From: Callorhinchus milii
Lineage: Eukaryota
Assembly (NCBI RefSeq): GCF_018977255.1
Contig: NW_024704743.1
Coordinates: 27,096,001 to 27,160,000, forward strand
Reading direction: 5' to 3'
DNA length: 64,000 nucleotides
Part shown: one piece after another, positions 1-12,510 of the stretch
How positions within the stretch are numbered: position 1 is the stretch's first letter
Layout: every line of letters starts with the position of its first letter
Position numbers and translations under genes: made by a program
The notes under the pieces: model-generated
Told to the model about the DNA's origin: nothing
The model's input: the letters and a program-made list of their open reading frames with translations, nothing else
Databases searched by the model: none

Positions 1-300
1 CCTGCTTCACGTCCCCTGCCTCGCTCACCCCACTATTGGAGGGCAGGCCTTCCCCCACTCTTTCCCCACCCTCTGGAACTCCATCCCGCGGTCCCTCCGC
101 CTTGCCCACTCCCTTGCCTCCTTCAAGACCCATTTTAAGACCCTCCTCTTCGACCGAGCTTTCAATCTGCCTGCTTCCCCCCCTGCCTTCCTCCCAACCC
201 CACCCTGACCCCCAGCTCGGGTCCTTAACTCTGTCTGTCTAGTGCCTTGGGATGTCCTCCCGACGTGAAAGGCACTATGCAAATGTAATTTTGTTGTTGT
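1..300 (+). mobile_element. L2 LINE 3' end (runs off window start)
   Basis: C-rich ORF2 end (SFKTHFKTLLFDRAF-like), tail gggatgtcctcccgacgtgaaaggcactatgcaaatgtaattt followed by (TTG)n. Confidence 0.85.
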
Positions 301-517
301 TCCAGTGTCATGGATACACATATTCACGCAGATTGTCTTGAGCTAGATTGTTGGGCTGAAATAAATAAAATAAATTAATTGGCCACACAGTTTGCAGTCC
401 AAGGGTACCAAGGGTGTCTTCATATTCACCTGAGCTGACATTGTTTTTCAAGGCCTTGCTGCAATGATTCAAAATACTGCCCTAACTATTGGTCATAAAA
501 TTGCACAACTATCTGGT

Positions 518-790
518 CAACAACAACAACAACAAGATTCCATTTATAAAGCGCCTTTCACGTCAGGAGGACGTCCCAAGGCGCTGCACAGTTGGGTCAT
601 GACCCGAGCAGGGGGGAGATGGTCAGGGTGAGGGGAGGGAAGGGAGGGAGCGAGGAGGGGGGAAATGGTCAGGGTGAGGGAAGGGAGGGAGCAAGGAGGT
701 GGAAATGGTCAGGGTGAGGGGAGGGAAGGGAGGGAGCGAGGAGGGGGAAGAGAGTCGAGAGGGGAGCTGAAGGCACGGTCAAGAGGTTTT
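518..790 (-). mobile_element. L2 LINE 3' end with internal triplication
   Basis: (CAA)n then the reverse complement of the L2 tail (gcgcctttcacgtcaggaggacgtcccaaggcgctg); atggtcagggtgaggg recurs at 619, 665 and 705. Confidence 0.8.
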
Positions 791-1897
791 TAGCAAGACA
801 AAGGCTAATTATATGCTAATTTGTGTACAATTGGCCACAAAACCTTATTGCTCACTTGTTGTCAGACTTCAGCTATAATTGCTAAGCTATGCCTTGTTCC
901 CTACTTCTACCTGATGTGAATGTATTGCCAGAGAAGCAACTTTTACAGTTTGCTCAATGAGGCAAGTCCACCTTTAGAACAGTCAAAAGCAAAATAATTG
1001 TTTCCCGAGTGCTGAATTGGGAAGAAACCCTTCTCATAGTCAGAAGTCCGACCGTGTGATAAACACTGTCAGCAACAGCACATGGATGAAAGGTCACTGG
1101 CTACAGAGCTGGGGGAGAATGTATAAAAGTATTGGAGGCTCTGAGTCAGTGAGGACAACATAAGTTATGGATGTGGCTTATGTTATTTAAAGACTGTGTA
1201 CACTCACTTTCTTGATGATGGGGACTTAAATGAATAACCTCTCCAATGGCATCCTGATCCTTTCTGATTCAGAGGCAAGAATGCCACCAACTAAGCCAGG
1301 CTGACACGAATCCTCTTCAACTCAATTCTTTCCCGTGTATCTATATAACTTTCTCCCCTTGAATATCTCAAGGTTGAAAGGACATTACCTTAGTGAACTA
1401 TGTGGCTCCATTTATATTTTAATAGAAATATTATCAAAATATGACAGTACTTCTGCCTTCTGAGTTTCCAGAATCTCTTCTATTTGATTGCTATTGTGCA
1501 GAACAGAGCATGGTCTGCTCAGGGCCTTAGATTCATAAGATTGCAGCTTGCTCTTACCAGAGCAAAGTCAGAAGAAAGGATTTAAAATTTTGTAGCCCAA
1601 TTAAAGCATTGCTGCCTTTTTTTCCCTTCCATTTATCACCATGGCAATGGCAGTTACCAAATCAGGACATCCAGTTAGTGTGAAAATGAGAGTCATTTAG
1701 GTTAATTGATCTCCCCACTGAGAGAGCAGAACCTTTGTAGCTATTCCTTTTTATTTACCTTCTGCCTCACCGTTACCTTACCCATGTAGAGTACATACAT
1801 GCTGGTTAAGTTTCTATTTTAACCTGAAAATGCTGTGAAGCCCATAAGATTGGTTATTAATTTGAATACAAATAATAATAATGTACACCTTATCAAA

Positions 1898-1924
1898 CAT
1901 ATATAAATATATATATATATATAT
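1898..1924. repeat. (TA)n microsatellite
   Basis: catatataaatatatatatatatatat. Confidence 0.85.
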
Positions 1925-2029
1925 TTCTAGTAAAAGGAGGAGACCAACCAATACATTGAACTAGTTCCTGTGTTTCATTATTAGATCATACGCAGATCTT
2001 TAGTCCCATTTCATCCTTCATTTTCTCTT

Positions 2030-2570
2030 ATAACAATAATCCTTGTATTTAATACAGCACATTGTGATTTTGTTAAATGAACACAGCAGTCAATTTGTTT
2101 ACAGCAATGTCCCACAAAATTCTATATTGATGGGGACGCTAGATAAGTATATGGGGGAGCAAGGAATAGAAGATTATGCTAATAGGCTGAGATGGGGAAG
2201 GGCAGGAGGAGGCTCATGTGGAGCATAAATGCCAGCATAGGCCAGTTGGGCCAAATGGCCTGCTTCTGTGCTGTATATACTATGTAATTATTTGTAACCA
2301 GCCATGAAATGAATGACCCATTTTATCTGTGAAATTGTTGGCCAGGACACCAAGACAAACTTCCTTCTCTTTTCGAACAGTGCAATGGGCTCTTTAACGT
2401 ACATTTGACCAGGCAGACGGGACCTCAGTTTAACGTCTCATCCAAAATTATCCTCCTTTGGATGAGACTATATGGGTATAGTCTATATGGGGTTCCAAGT
2501 CGTAGTCTGAGGCTTGGACCCACAACCTTCTGACTCAGAGGCGAGAGTGTTACTAATTGAGTCAGGCTGG
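2030..2570 (-). mobile_element. DeuSINE (SacSINE1-like), interrupted by a CR1 3' fragment
   Basis: Reverse complement of the tRNA-like head (ctctcgcctctgagtcagaaggttgtgggt) and Deu domain (ggatgagacgttaaactgaggtcccgtctgcc); tail at 2030-2118. Confidence 0.8.
2119..2295 (+). mobile_element. CR1 LINE 3' UTR fragment
   Basis: ctagataagtatatg...ccagttgggccaaatggcctgcttctgtgctgta, typical of a chondrichthyan CR1 3' tail. Confidence 0.75.
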
Positions 2571-2704
2571 CATGCTTCCTCTTAAACACTGTTCCTTCCT
2601 AAGTATCTATATATCATTCTCCCTTCAAACATCTCAAGACTGAAAGAATTCCTTGGTGAAACACCCAGTTGCTTTTATATTTTAATAGAAATATTATCAA
2701 TATG

Positions 2705-2930
2705 GTCAATGAGTCAGTAACTAGAGGGCATCAATTTAAGATAGTTAACAAGGGGGAGAATTTTTTTACCGAGACTTGTTAGGATGTGGTGTTACCTTCT
2801 GGGTGGGATAGTTGAGGCAGGATCCATAAAAGCTTTTAAGAAGTGAATGGATTTATTTTTCAACGAGCCAGCACAGACATGCTGAATCATAAAGCCTTTT
2901 TCTGTGCTGTATCTTTCTTTGGTTCTATGA
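2705..2930 (+). mobile_element. Degraded CR1 3' end
   Basis: gtcagtaactagagggcatcaatttaag (TRGH motif), ending in gcctttttctgtgctgtat. Confidence 0.65.
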
Positions 2931-3699
2931 CTTCCATTGTTATAGAACATTTAAGGGCAGAGGAAGTAATAGAAAGTGTCTTAAACTTCAGTGTAAATGG
3001 ATAGCATTCCGCATGCATCACATCCAAATCATGTAAGAGACTATGAACAACTTTCTTAATTTTTGTGATTTCTTGCAATGTGGACCTTGGTCTTCTGGAT
3101 GTTTCTCCAGGGAGAGAGTAAACACTCTAGGCCAGACAAATGGAAATTTCTATCTATTTGCTGAATACTCAGTTGTATGTTTTAGTGCCATTTAAGCATA
3201 GTGATCAGTTACTACATGCGGCAGACAGCCAGACTTACCAAAAATAACCCTTTGGGCTTCTCAATAACATAATGCCACTGGTTAGTGAGTGGAATGCTGA
3301 AGGAACAGCATCTGCCTCATGTAGTAAACATGTCCCCCTGTCTATTGAGAAAGGCACAGGGTCTGAATAATATCCCTCAATAGACTAAAAGAGTGTGAAA
3401 TTTGGTTCTGGGGTGATATTTGTTTCAGTGTAGTTAGCAATTCTCCCTCACTCAAGGACTTAATGTTCTTTTGCACCCTATCATTGCCCTCCTTTAAGAT
3501 GGCAATGACATCTGAATTGGACTTGATATATCTGAATCAAGACAATTAATCTGCAAAGACAAGTGGGAAATTATTCCATTAATTGCTTTGATATATTTTT
3601 CAAAGACTTCTGCAGCTAATCGGGAAGTACAAAATATTTTAAGTAATTAGTCAGCAGAGATTTTCCAAGATAAGGATTTATCACCCAAGGTCAATAAGG

Positions 3700-4093
3700 G
3701 TAATAATCCTTGCATTTGATATAGTGACTCATCACATCATCAAAATGTCATAACATGCTTCACAGAACTTATTGCAAAGTGTTAGTGACTGTGTATTTAT
3801 AGGCCAATTGGGGTGCAGCAATACCCATCAAAGTCCCATGAAGTGAAATGATTTTATCTGGAGGATTGTTGGCCAAGACACTGGGAGAAACTCATGGCAT
3901 CATGGGATGTTTAACATTCACTTGAACAGACAGTCGTGACCCCACTTAAACATTTCACCCAAAGAAAAGCACCTCTGATGATTCTTTGGAATGTCATTTT
4001 AGACGAGGAGGTCAAAGTCCTGATAATGTGGGATTTTAACCCATTGATATCTGACCCAGAGGTGAGAGTGCTACCAATTCAACCAGGCTAACA
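3700..4093 (-). mobile_element. DeuSINE (SacSINE1-like)
   Basis: Tail taataatccttgcatttgatatag; Deu domain catgggatgtttaacattcacttgaacag; head gagagtgctaccaattcaaccaggct. Confidence 0.8.
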
Positions 4094-5854
4094 CCTACCG
4101 GTCATGATTCATTTTAATTTGATAAATATGGTGAAAAGAAAAAGGACAGACCTGGATACTGAAGATACCCGAAACACCCTGTAAGACTTTGATGAGCTGC
4201 CTAACTCAGCATGAAAGGCATGAGAGCATTGCCACCATCCTCCTGTGCAAGCTTGGACACACATTCCTACCCTTCGAACAGTAGTTCCACCAGTTGGAAG
4301 TAAGGAGCTTAACCCCGTCTCGTGCCTCTCAAATTTTATTGGACTATCAGACAGAATTAAGTGCTGCTGTAGTACATAACCCCAGACTTGGTGTTATGGA
4401 TTACAGCTGACACCAAATTAAGGTGATAATTTCCACCTGTCAATGCTTTTTCTTTTGCCAATGCAATGAAGTGACTCCAGTTAAAATTGAGAGTCGGAAT
4501 ATGGCCATGAATAAATTGTTCAGTGGAGCTTCTCGAATCTTATACTTTTTAAAGAAAAGCTGTGCAAGAAACTGATGCTGGTCTGAAGCCATGTGAACAT
4601 CTGTTAGACCATTGTGCACCCAGGGAATGTTCTTGGATGAGATGGTCGGTTCCTGACATCTGTCCATTTCAATATTTCATTCATTATATCATCCGTTTGC
4701 GTCAATTTGATACTTCATTTGTGTTTGATTTCATTGGGCCATGTTCTGTAGCCCTTTCAGAATTCATATGTGAGAAAGTTAAATGTGAGCCAGAGAGAAA
4801 CAATCTTCCAAAGAGCACCTCTATGCAGCTTTAGGTAAGACTGCTTCTTGAGAAATTGATCCTAGAAAGCTTTTACTCTTACTGTCCCTAACTTATATTG
4901 GAAGCATCTGTCTCCAGATGAACTGAGATAGTCTCTGAAAGAATCATTTTTTAAAAAGTGTTTGTGTTTTCTTTTGCTGCAAGTTATTAATATTGGCACC
5001 CCAAACAACTAGACAGATGGATCCTAAGAGGTTCTATCCTTAGAGTGTCCTTGTAGATCCTCCAAAGCTGTCTGAAAGCTTTGAAGTTTAAGTGTACTTT
5101 CTAGACAGTTGATTCAGAACCTCGTTAATTTACTGGAGTCCTGCAATGTATCAAGGTCTCTCATAGAATTTGAGGTGCTTCTCTCTTTGCACTTGTTATG
5201 AAACTTGGAGAAAATTTTGCTCTTCCAAGCCACCGTTAATCCAGGCAGGAGAGCAAAGGGATGATTTCTTATTTAGAGATAACCTCCAAAACATTAAGAT
5301 GTAAAGCTAGTGGAACAAAGTGTTCTAGTTTATAATCGGATAAAAGTACTTGCCTCTTAACATTGTAAATAAACAATCTGCCCGAAAGGCCAAATGCCAT
5401 ATCTATAAAACAAAGAATCCAAAGCAACAAATAATAATAATCATTGCATTGATATAGCACTTTATCACATCTTTGAGATCTAAGAAGGGTTTCACAGAAT
5501 ATAATGTAAAGTAAATTGACTATATATTTTGTGGTCAAAACATGGTAGTGTTTGTGCAGTGCCTTTCACATCGGAAGGACGTCCCAAGGCACTGGACAGT
5601 CAGGAAAGCAAAAACTTTTGTAAATGGTTGGCTTCCGATCAGTGAGATACTACTCCAAGGTTTGGTATTCTACTAAGCAGCTTTGAAAGGAGTCGAGCAC
5701 TTGGCTTGAATTCTCAAAGGTCTGCATTGAGAGAATTGTGTGTCCACTGGGGGAGATAAATGTCAATGCAATGTACAGTTGGCCCCAAGTTGTGCTTTAA
5801 AAACACATCTTGTGCATACCTCAGTAATATAGACAACCTAACAATAATAATAGT

Positions 5855-6170
5855 CACCATTATCATCCTGGTGTTTTATATAACACCTTTCACATTAGGA
5901 ACTTGTCTGAAAGTTCTTCACAGGATTTACCATAAAGTGTAGTGACTGTGTATTTTATAGGTGAACCCATTTAGCAATTTTTATATGGCAATGTCCCACA
6001 AACAGTAAGTGACTAAATTTATCTGGGGGATTGTTGCCCAGGACTCCAGGAGAAACCTTGCTTTTATTTATCATTAGTTCCATGAGATTTATAATGTCCA
6101 ACTGAACACGCAGATGAAGCCTAAGTTTAATATCACATCTCAAAGAGGCGAGAGTGATACCAAGCCAGAC
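5855..6170 (-). mobile_element. DeuSINE, degraded and internally deleted
   Basis: Tail plus gtcccacaaacag, ttgcccaggactccaggagaaa and head remnant agaggcgagagtgatacca. Confidence 0.7.
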
Positions 6171-6544
6171 CTGAGACCTAAACTCAATATTCAGGCATCT
6201 TTTTTACAGCCTCTTCCCAATGGATGCAGATTAAATGGAGCTCTGCATTTTTATAATTTAGAGCAATTCATAATAGTCAATGTACCCTTACCTTCTTTGG
6301 ACAGCGCACCAAATTGCAGCTTCACAGATGTTTCATGGGCACTACTCAATTGTCCAATGTGTCTGAGCTGTTCACTAGTTCATTACTAAACCATTTGTAC
6401 ATGTAATGTGATTGTTCCTTTCAGTCAGAATTTTTGCAGGCAATGCATTATGATATAAGAAAGTATCAGATGGCATCAGATGACAAGCACAAGGGTGCTA
6501 CAAGGGTATGTTTGCTGGATCTGAACTGCTGCTTGAATTAATCA

Positions 6545-6960
6545 CTGAGTCAGAAGGTTGTGGATTAAAATGCTTCACCGGGACTTGAACTCACTTAGTC
6601 TAAGATGATGCTCCAATGCAGCGCTGGGCGGATGAGGCGGGGTTGCATTATTGGACATAAGGATCTTCAGATTAGACACTAAACTGAGGTCCCGTCTACC
6701 TGTTTAGGTGAACATTAAAGATCCCATGGCACTATTCAAAAAGAGAATGGAGTTTCTCCTGGTATCCTGTGCAACAATCCTCCAAATTAAATTGGTCACT
6801 TATTTCGTGGCTGTTTGTGGGACATCCTTGTGTGTAAGTGTGCTGCCGCATTTACTTACAAATACATAGTCACCCCATTTCACAGTTATTGCTGTGAAGC
6901 ACTTTGAGATGTCCTTCCAATGTGATAAGATGCTATACCAAATGCAAGGATAATTATTAT
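6545..6960 (+). mobile_element. DeuSINE (SacSINE1-like)
   Basis: ctgagtcagaaggttgtgg head; aaactgaggtcccgtctacctgtttaggtgaacattaaagatcccatggcactattc Deu domain; caaatgcaaggataattattat tail. Confidence 0.85.
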
Positions 6961-7499
6961 CAATCTGTCATAAAGAGTATAGCATGAGAAAGTGAAGCTG
7001 CAGATCACAGGTTACAATTTAAACTGGGATGAGTTGCAGAATTTTTTTTTAATAAAATGAACTTTATTTTTGATACATGCACAGTTCAGGGGATTTCAAT
7101 CTCAGCAATAATTATTAACTTTTTGTAATCACAATTTTGGGTCATGGTTGCTGCTGAGTATTACTGTAATGAATAAGAAAGATCACTTCCATGATGATGT
7201 GTTTGCTTTACAGACAGAGCTATGTTATTAGTTTGGGTTTTCATTTGTTTTGTGAACGTCATGACAATATCCGTAAATCCTGGCCACCAGTGGGAGATGG
7301 GAATAGTAGCTTTCATTTTAATGCTGAATTAGCAAGTTAATAAACCATTAGGTGAAAATTGGTGATATGTGATGAATCATGTCATTTTATGAAAAGTTCA
7401 AAATTATTTGTTCTATTTTATGTTAGCTGTGTTTATTTTAGTCAACTGGCAGAGAAAGTAGCAGGCATATTCAAAGAATTCACATTGATCAAGAAGATA

Positions 7500-8120
7500 T
7501 GAAACAGCTTTAGGAGATGCATTCCTGGAAAAGCCAGATGCAAAGTGTCAGGATAATGGATGACAAGCAACCCAGAGGTTTAGAGTCAGTAACATTGAGC
7601 CCTCATGTTTGCCCTTATTTTAGATAGAAAACATACATCAATGAGGGCTATAATAACAGAGCAATATTAGCAATGACATTTACAAAAAAGAATCTGTGTC
7701 AGGGGAGATTCATGGCATTATTTCATGAAAGGTGACATATTTAGTGGCTTGGAGGTAGAGTCTAAGGAAGGCCAATCTGTGTGGGTTCAACAAGTGGCAA
7801 ACACTGACGGATGACCTGTCAGTGCTGGTTTGTCTGGAGAAAATGATTACTTGAAGTCTAGGGAGAAATGGAGTCACCAGGGTCAATAATATGGCAAGAT
7901 TTCACACTAGTTAAACTTGCACTAAGAATAGTTTCTCAAGTACTCTGCATGTTTCCAGTGTTAGAGATCACTGTGATACATAAAGAATCACTGGGTCTTG
8001 TGTGAAAAGGTTGTCATTGTTATTATTTAAGGAGAATAAGTCATCTGCATAGTTATCAATTACTTTTTGTTTAACATGAAGTGACAGAATTGGGAGTTTC
8101 ACAGGTCCATGATTGAGCAG
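7500..8120 (-). mobile_element. Very old LINE RT relic
   Basis: Minus-strand tatgcagatgac (YADD) at 8040-8051 in otherwise decayed sequence; boundaries uncertain. Confidence 0.4.
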
Positions 8121-8394
8121 GTGAATGAATTCTAGCAACAATCTTTTTTTGTATCTAAAATTCTGGTCTTAGAGCTGTGGCTGCCTTTCATGTAATTCTC
8201 CCAACACATAAGTTGTTTCAGTCTCATTCAGCAGAGGCACAGTGGTAACACTCTTTGAGTCTATCGTATTATGATCAGTTTGATGAACAATAATAATAAA
8301 AAATTCCAAGGCATAAAGCTCCACACTGTTAATTTATTATCTGTATTTAACATTGAAGCTTATTGACTTAGGCAATATACAATCATGTTAATCT

Positions 8395-9008
8395 TATTTG
8401 ACCCTCAACTGTTCTTTCTCCCCTATATCCATGCCATGACCCTTCCTTCCCTCACCTCAGAAACATTGCCTGATTCTGCCATTGTCTCACACCAGATCAT
8501 AAAGAACTCTGCAGCTCCTGTCCTCTCTAACACCAGGCTCTGTGAACCCCATCAGCCCCACCCTCACCCGTCTCCACTGGCTCCCCATCCCCCAGAGGAT
8601 AGAATTCAAAATTCTCATCCTCACTTTCAAGGCCCTCCACAGCCTTGCCCCTCCTACCTCTCTTACCTGCTGAACTCCTATCAACCAGTCCACTGCCTCC
8701 GTTCAGCAGGCTCCAGCCTGCTCCAGGTTTTTCGCCAGACCTGCCCTACCATCGGTGGCCGGGCTTTCAGCCTCTCTGCCCACATTCTTTGGATCTCCAT
8801 CCCTTTGCCTTGCTCCCTCTCTTGCCTCCTTCAAGGCACGACTCAAGACCCTCATTTTTGACTGTGCCTTCAGCCGCCCTCTTACCCCCTTTGCCCTCCC
8901 TCATCCCAACCCTGCTCGCCACGCTCGGGTCCTGATCCCTTAATGTTCAGCACCTTGGGACATCCTCCCAATGTGAAAGGCGCTTTACAAATATAATTTT
9001 GTTGTTGT
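8395..9008 (+). mobile_element. 5'-truncated L2 LINE
   Basis: ORF pieces LFDPQLFFLPYI, QIIKNSAAPVLS and ASFKARLKTLIFDCAF; tail ending in (TTG)n. Confidence 0.9.
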
Positions 9009-9842
9009 CATCCATCATCAATGAAAGCACTATAGAAAGCAAAAAATTAATCACACCTATTGCATATTTAGCTAGAATTTATCTCATGATTACCATACAG
9101 TATTCCTGTGCATGTATGTCTCCAGTAATCTCTCATCTACATGGTAAATGTCGGGAATGTCCTTCACTGTCAATGAAATTATCTTTTTATTGATAAAACA
9201 GTTTCCTCATTCTTGTCAAACCTTCTCTTCCCAACTTCACAAAATTACTGAAAGCTAGAAATATTTGATCACATCCTTCCAGAATATCTACCCTAGCATC
9301 TAGACATTGCACAATCCAGTGTTTCTTAAATGAGTGAAATGTCTTGCCTGTAAGCCACTCCAGCTAACACCTTTGGTATAAAGAAATACTATTGTCTGGC
9401 TTAAAATTTCTCTTCACAATTGATAACCAATGCACTTTTGCTACCTTACTCCATCCGAAAGTATTGTTCTAGGTTTACTTTCTTGATCTCATTTTGCATC
9501 TTTTAGTCAATTAAAGGTTCTATGTAGGATTGTAAAGTCGTAAATTTGGCAATGGAGACCATGTATTTCACACTTCTTTGACAGACACTTGCTTAAAGAT
9601 AATTTATTTAAATATTTGTTTCAAAGTTAAAATGTCATTCGGGGATGGGAGGCCAGTCAGCCCAGCCCATCAGCAGGACTTGGAGTGGCAGACCAGTCAC
9701 TTGAAGCAGAGAATCTTCCCACTCAGCTCTTGCTAACTCTGCAAGCCAAAAACAAACTAAACAAAAATTAGGTTAAAAAAAAACTGGACACATCGTTGAG
9801 AATCGTTCCTCCCGACGTGAAAAGTGCTATATCAAATGCAAA

Positions 9843-9843
9843 G

Positions 9844-9878
<35 letters not shown>
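9843..9878. repeat. (TTA)n microsatellite, tail of a SINE 3' fragment (9800-9878)
   Basis: cctcccgacgtgaaaagtgctatatcaaatgcaaag followed by about 11 ATT units. Confidence 0.85.
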
Positions 9879-9879
<1 letters not shown>

Positions 9880-10022
9880 AAAGGTGAGGCATGTGGGGAA
9901 AATGCAGGGATATGGGACTAGGAATAGGATCTAAAATAGACACGTGTGTTGTCTGTAAACACCAGATGAACTGGATGGACCAAATGGCCTGTTTCTGAGC
10001 TGTACAATCTATCAATCTATGA
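9880..10022 (+). mobile_element. CR1 3' UTR fragment
   Basis: ggatggaccaaatggcctgtttctgagctgtacaatctat. Confidence 0.65.
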
Positions 10023-11046
10023 ATCTGTAAAGTAGTTTCGCATTTAGTTAAGTACACAAATAGCAAAGTCATATAAGTGAAGCAATAAGTTGTTGTATCT
10101 CTATTTGTTACATTGTAAGTGATTAGCTGATCCACAGTACAGCAGTATTCGTAACATCTCAGTTGTGTCTGTTTGTCAGCCTTCAAGTGATGTTTATTCT
10201 CACTACTAAGTCCTTTACTACAATATTTGCCAAACTATCTTCTGATCATTCATCTCCTGCACTGTTTCACTCTGAGATTGTAACTCATCATTTGCTTTTT
10301 TCACTTTCCTAGGTTATCAGTCTCCTCAGCATCGTCACTTACATTCAGACAGCAATTCATTTGTGCACACGCTGCAGCAGTTTGTCTCACTACCTCTGCC
10401 CTTCCAGCACCTACACAGATTCATTCCCAGATCACACCTCATCATTTACTTCACTTACTTTCTCATTGTGGACTTCAGTCTCCACATTTCCTATATTATC
10501 ATAGGCAGCAAAGCTCTCCACTGATGTACTTGCTCTTGGGACTACAAGCCGCTTCTGTTTCCTCTGCAGTTCTTCAAGCATTGAGAATCGTTCATACACA
10601 TCTGCCTACAATACCTGAAGCTTTGTAACCATTTACGTTTGAAGTGTATAAAACCTGGCACACAGATACATTTGCTCACCTTTGCAGAAGTATGAATGTG
10701 TGCATTCTTCATTCCTTCGACTCCAGTTTCTTTTTGTTCTCAAAATGCCTTATTGTGAATGATTCCCTTTGCATTTAAATAAATTGCAGTCCAACTTAGG
10801 ATTTGGTTTTATAGGACAGTTCCCCTTGCAATGTTAATTATTTTGCCTGCAAAAATGACCCTTTTGAGTTACTTGGATATCTTGTATTTTTTAAAAACAA
10901 TTAAAATTAAATAAATCAATCAAAAAATACTTGCTGGAATAGATTATTTGCTGGAACAGATTTTTAACTAACTACACTAACTATACATTTTATATGCACA
11001 ATTCATATGTTCATAGATCTATTTATATGCACACACAATTTTTTGT

Positions 11047-11458
11047 GAGGCTGGCTCAGTGGTAGCACTCTCTCCTCTGAGTCAGAAAGTTGTGGGTTCA
11101 AGCTCCATATCGAGACTTGGAATCACATTGTCTAAGATGACACTCCAATGCAGTGTTGGGGTCTATTGCATTGTCCGAGAATGCAATAGACTGGTTTAAA
11201 ACATTAAAACAAAATCCTTTCTTCCTGTTCAGATGGACATTAAACATGGCACTATTCGAAAAGAGAAAGGAGTTTCTATAAATCCCCCATATAAAATTGT
11301 TCATTCACTTGAAGGCTGTTTGTGGGATATTGCTGTCCAGAAATTGGGTGGCATGCTTCACCCACAAAATGCACTCAATCTACTCTACAATATGTCCTGT
11401 GAAGCTCTTTGAGACATTTTAGCGATTTGATTAGGCGCTGCATCAAGTGCAAGGATTA
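11047..11458 (+). mobile_element. DeuSINE (SacSINE1-like), near full length
   Basis: ggctggctcagtggtagcactctctcctctgagtcagaaagttgtgggttcaag (A/B boxes), Deu domain and tail. Confidence 0.85.
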
Positions 11459-11459
11459 A

Positions 11460-11715
11460 GCATTGCATCAAAGAGCTTCACAGAATATACTCTTATGTGA
11501 ATTGACTGTATATTTGACTTTATATTTTGTGGGCAAAACGCAGCAGCCAATTGCACACAGCAGTATCCCACAAACAGTCATTGATTGAGTGTCCAATTTT
11601 CTTCAAGGGCTTATTGCCCTCAAAAAGCGATTTGCCAATCGACTAACATCCGAGTTCTTACTTACTGCCAGGTAAACAGAGGTGTGTGGAGTAAGAAGAG
11701 TTGGCAAAATGTTCC
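11460..11715 (-). mobile_element. tRNA/CORE-like SINE, long form, head decayed
   Basis: cttactgccaggtaaacagaggtgtgtggagtaag plus the shared tail. Confidence 0.75.
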
Positions 11716-12349
11716 TGATAGTTTTGTTTGAATAGTTACGTACAGGTCTGATTTGATGATTAAATCGAAAGCTTTTGTAAGTCCAAATGCTCATTACATG
11801 AGTTGCAGTGATCCCTATATGTGCCATGTTGTTTGGTGTTTTTTGTGCAAACCTGTAGATCTCAGGAGATGTAAGAGAAAATTTGTGGCATTGAAGAGGA
11901 TAGAGCTGAACCTTGTAGCAGAATGTGCAAGGGATCACCAAGGACCTCTTTCTTTAAAAGTCTCAGAGTTGAGCTATATATATCTTTTAAGTACTTCTGA
12001 CAGTTTTGTAGCCAAACTTGCACAGTACTTTTCCGGAAATCATAGTGGCAGAACATTGGAGTGAAGTGATGCATGTGACAGTTGTGACACAATAGGACAT
12101 GAAACAAGGACATTAAATCTATTTTGGGTAGTTTACAGTTTTATACATGGATATATATTGAATATAGAGTTGAAAGGAGATCTTCATCTGTTTTTAAAAT
12201 CTGCGAGCAATTTTCTCCTCACTTGTTATAGATATTTCTTAAGCTTATTGGTTGACATGCAACACCTATTCTCTAATAACTCATCAAAGTGGTTGTTTTT
12301 CACTTGCATATCAAGGAAATAAGTGCCATATGCTATTGAACACTGGGAG

Positions 12350-12510
12350 GGGGAAATCATAGCTGAGCCCAAACCCATCTTCGACAATGACCACAGCACA
12401 CTTACAAAGAGTGGGGAGAATGGGAGGGGGTGGTTTAGTGGCTAAGGATAGGAATGGAAACACTGTTTGGTTTTCCCATTCTAAGTTTCCTGAGCTCTGA
12501 AATCTCTCAC
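12350..12510 (-). mobile_element. Ancient SINE relic (same family as 21685-22020)
   Basis: catagctgagccc and ataggaatggaaac resemble the reverse complement of motifs at 21840-21915. Confidence 0.4.

Noticed and set aside
1212..1267. C/D box snoRNA (TGATGA...CTGA)
   Set aside because: Too short, no terminal stem, and the last CTGA lies in a SINE head.
7281..7297. CTCF site (tggccaccagtgggaga)
   Set aside because: The first 10 nt match, but three mismatches fall in the informative GGGGCGC half; not supportable without ChIP data.
11753..12064. 103-aa ORF or terminal exon
   Set aside because: No recognisable domain, mediocre acceptor, and a length expected by chance in 64 kb.
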